Shown here: piece by piece, positions 61,545 through 64,000 of the stretch
Position numbering within the stretch: the first letter of the stretch is position 1
Layout of the letters: the number at the start of each line of letters is the position of its first letter
NCBI GenBank assembly: GCA_964270895.1
Contig: OZ185439.1
Reading direction: 5' to 3' (one strand)
DNA: 64,000 nucleotides
Source: Podarcis filfolensis
Taxonomy: Eukaryota
The notes under the pieces: model-generated
Seen by the model: the letters and a program-made list of their open reading frames with translations, nothing else
What the model was told of the DNA's origin: nothing
Database searches by the model: none
Made by a program: the position numbers and the translations under genes

Positions 61545-61875
61545 AGTGCCTAGGACTTGCCGATCGCATGGTCGGCGGTTCGAATCCCTGCGGCGGGGTG
61601 AGCTCCCGTCTTTCGGTCCCAGCTCCTGCCCACCTAGCAGTTCGAAAGCACCCCTAAGTGCAAGTAGATAAATAGGTACCGCTTTATAGCGGGAAGGTAA
61701 ACGGCGTTTCCGTGTGCTGTGCTGGTGCAGGCTCGCCAGAGCAGCTTCGTCACGCTGGCCACGTTACCCGGAAGTGTCCTCGGACAGCGCTGGCCCCCGG
61801 CCTCTTAAGCGAGATGGGCACGCAACTCCAGAGTTGGTCACGACTGGCCCGTACGGGCAGGGTACCTTTACCTTT
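61545..61875 (+). mobile_element. Sauria SINE, divergent CpG-rich subfamily, 5'-truncated
   Basis: Shared core with distinct diagnostic blocks (gctttatagcggg, gcaggctcgccagagcagcttcgtcacg, ggcccgtacgggcagg). Confidence 0.9.
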
Positions 61876-62025
61876 AAACATGCAGAGACTCTTGCTGACA
61901 GACTGTCTTTGCTGACCACATGGGTGTCAGGGCCAGGATCAGTGAGGTGTGTAACATCAGCTACAGATCCTGGAAGCACAATCCTGGCTCTGTCTCTTCT
62001 CTCCCCCCCCCACATTAGCCATAAC

Positions 62026-62277
62026 CAGGGGTCAGCAAACTTTTTCAGCAGGGGGGCGGTCCACTGTCCCTCAGACCTTGTGGGGGGCCGGACTATATTT
62101 TTTTTTGAGGGGGGAGAATGAATTCCTCTGCCCCACAAATAATCCAGAGATGCGTTTTAAATAAAAGCACACATTCTACTCATGCAAAAACACGCTGATT
62201 CCTGGACCATCTGTGGGCCGGATTGAGAAGGCAATTGGGCCGTATCCAGCCCCCGGGCCTTAGTTTGCCTACCCATG
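62026..62277. mobile_element. hAT-Charlie-type MITE
   Basis: TIR caggggtcagcaaact / agtttgcctacccatg; perfect 8-bp TSD gccataac at 62018-62025 and 62278-62285. Confidence 0.92.
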
Positions 62278-62349
62278 GCCATAACCATACAGGCAAAATT
62301 GTGCTTTCTTTGACATCTTATATTCACCAATATGGTTCCTCAAGCATTA

Positions 62350-62708
62350 AAGGTAAAGGTATCCCTGACCATTAGGTCCAGTTGCGGATGACTCTGGGGT
62401 TGTGCGCTCATGTTGCTCTATAGGCCGAGGGAGCCGGCGTTTGTCCGCAGACAGGCTTCTGAGTCATGTGGCCAACATGACTACGCCACTTCTGGTGAAC
62501 CAGAGCAGCGCACGGAAACACTGTTTACCTTCCCGCCGGAGCAGTACCTATTTATCTACTTGCACTTTGACATGCTTTCAAACTGCTAGGTTGGCAGGAG
62601 CAGGGACCGAGCAACGGGAGCTCACCCCGTCATGGGGATTCGAACCGCAACCTTCTGATCGGCTAGTCCTAGGCTCTGTGGTTTAGCCTACAGCTCCACC
62701 CGCGTCCC
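62350..62708 (-). mobile_element. Sauria SINE, full length
   Basis: 13-bp TSD tcctcaag(c/a)atta at 62337-62349 and 62709-62721. Confidence 0.95.
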
Positions 62709-62789
62709 TCCTCAAGAATTAGTCATACACAAATTTAAAGATAAGAGGAACTGGTCTGACAGCTTCAACTGTTCCTGGACCAGCAGTTC

Positions 62790-63430
62790 TGTTGTTGGCC
62801 ACTTCACAACTTGATCACTGCAGCGAGCTCTATGTAGGGTTTCCCTTGTGCTTGGTCTGGAAACTGCAGTTAGCACAGATTTTCTGTAGCTGATAGGAGT
62901 GAGACCCTGTCTGCATATGACACCCCTGATCAGAGCTCTGTACTGGCTGCCTATATGCTACCAGACCAAATTCAATGAGTTACTATTAGTATATAAAGCC
63001 CTTAATAGCTTGCAATCCGGTTACTTGGAGGATCATTTTACCCCATATAAGCCCACTTGACGGCTTCAATCTGCAGAACTGGTGCTTTGCGAAGTGCCAC
63101 ATAAAATTTGTTCCATACATTGAAGGAATTGATCCTTCACTGTGGCAGCACCCCGACTCTGGAATTCCCTTCCCATTCCTATTAAGCAGGTGCCTTGGTT
63201 GTGTTGCATTTGGAACCTCCTGAAACCTTTTTTGTTTAGGCAAACCTATGTGTAAAACTGTAATGTATTTTAATAAGTAATAGCACTTCATTGTTCATAG
63301 TTTTAAAACTGCTGGTTTTATTTATATTTTGATATTTTTTACGTCAACTTGTTTGTAACATCCAATTTCATTGGTATTTTTAATATATGTTTTCTGTTTT
63401 TCTGTTAACTGCTTAGAGACATTGATGCTG
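62790..63430 (+). mobile_element. L2 LINE 3' portion
   Basis: Translates LYVGFPLCLVWKLQLAQ and HMTPLIRALYWLPICYQTKF; then gtggcagcaccccgactctggaattccct and an AT-rich 3' UTR. Confidence 0.75.
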
Positions 63431-63536
63431 AAGAAGTACACTGATAATGCTAAATAAAATAAACAAATACAATTCTTTCTCCATAATATAATTGCAGACA
63501 AATTCCCAAGTATTATGTTATTTTCACTAATAATTG

Positions 63537-63752
63537 CGAGTGTGGAGTAGTGGTTGGAAGGCTGGACTAGAACCTGGGAGACCAGGGTTCGAATCTCCAC
63601 CCAGCCATGGAGCTCATTGGGTGACCTTGGGCCAGTCACAGTCTCTCAGCATAACCTACCTCACAGGGTTGTTGTGAAGATTGAAGGCGGAAAAGGAGAA
63701 CATCAGTTTGAGCTCCTTGGAGTGAAGGTGGGATCTAAGTGCCATAAATAAG
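63537..63752 (+). mobile_element. Old CORE-type tRNA-derived SINE
   Basis: gagtgtggagtagtggtt...gggttcgaatc (A/B boxes)...gggtgaccttgggccagtcac...acctacctcacagggttgttgtgaag. Confidence 0.8.
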
Positions 63753-64000
63753 CAACATGCATTTTATGCAGAACTTCCCTTAAGGTGTGCATTATTGTAC
63801 ACATCTTTCAGCTGTAGAACTTCATTCCAAATCCAGAGAAGTGCAAATTTCAAAGAATAGTGGTTTGTTCAGTTTATGCATTGTTTTAGCACGTGGACAT
63901 TACATAGGTTCACACTTACATGCAAAACAACCCCCCCTCCCTTGTTAGCTTCAAAGATTTCATAGAGTAGGAAAAATAGGACAATCCACAACTAAGGGGG

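Overview
Vertebrate genomic DNA, almost certainly from a squamate and probably a lacertid lizard, judged from the Sauria SINE, BovB, CR1, L2, L1, RTE and Penelope repeat complement. I could not identify any protein-coding exon, RNA gene or CpG-island promoter with confidence, so the window reads as a large intron or intergenic region. Nearly all long ORFs in the track derive from transposons or are chance ORFs. The window is dense in mobile elements: nine Sauria SINEs (most with readable target-site duplications), CORE-type and tRNA-Lys-headed SINEs, LINE fragments, and many Tigger-like and hAT-like MITEs. The best-supported observations are structural: a four-layer nested insertion (44.7-47.4 kb), an inverted Penelope-like remnant with a broken hammerhead-like core, a Tigger-like MITE carrying a perfect 62-bp palindrome, a composite hAT MITE containing an L2 tail, and an unnamed repeat with a ~148-bp internal period present twice. 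Several splice-flanked open segments and one motif cluster (X-box/CCAAT/CRE-like) are low-confidence leads. I found no convincing novel biological system. Family names come from my recall of consensus sequences, not from a database search.
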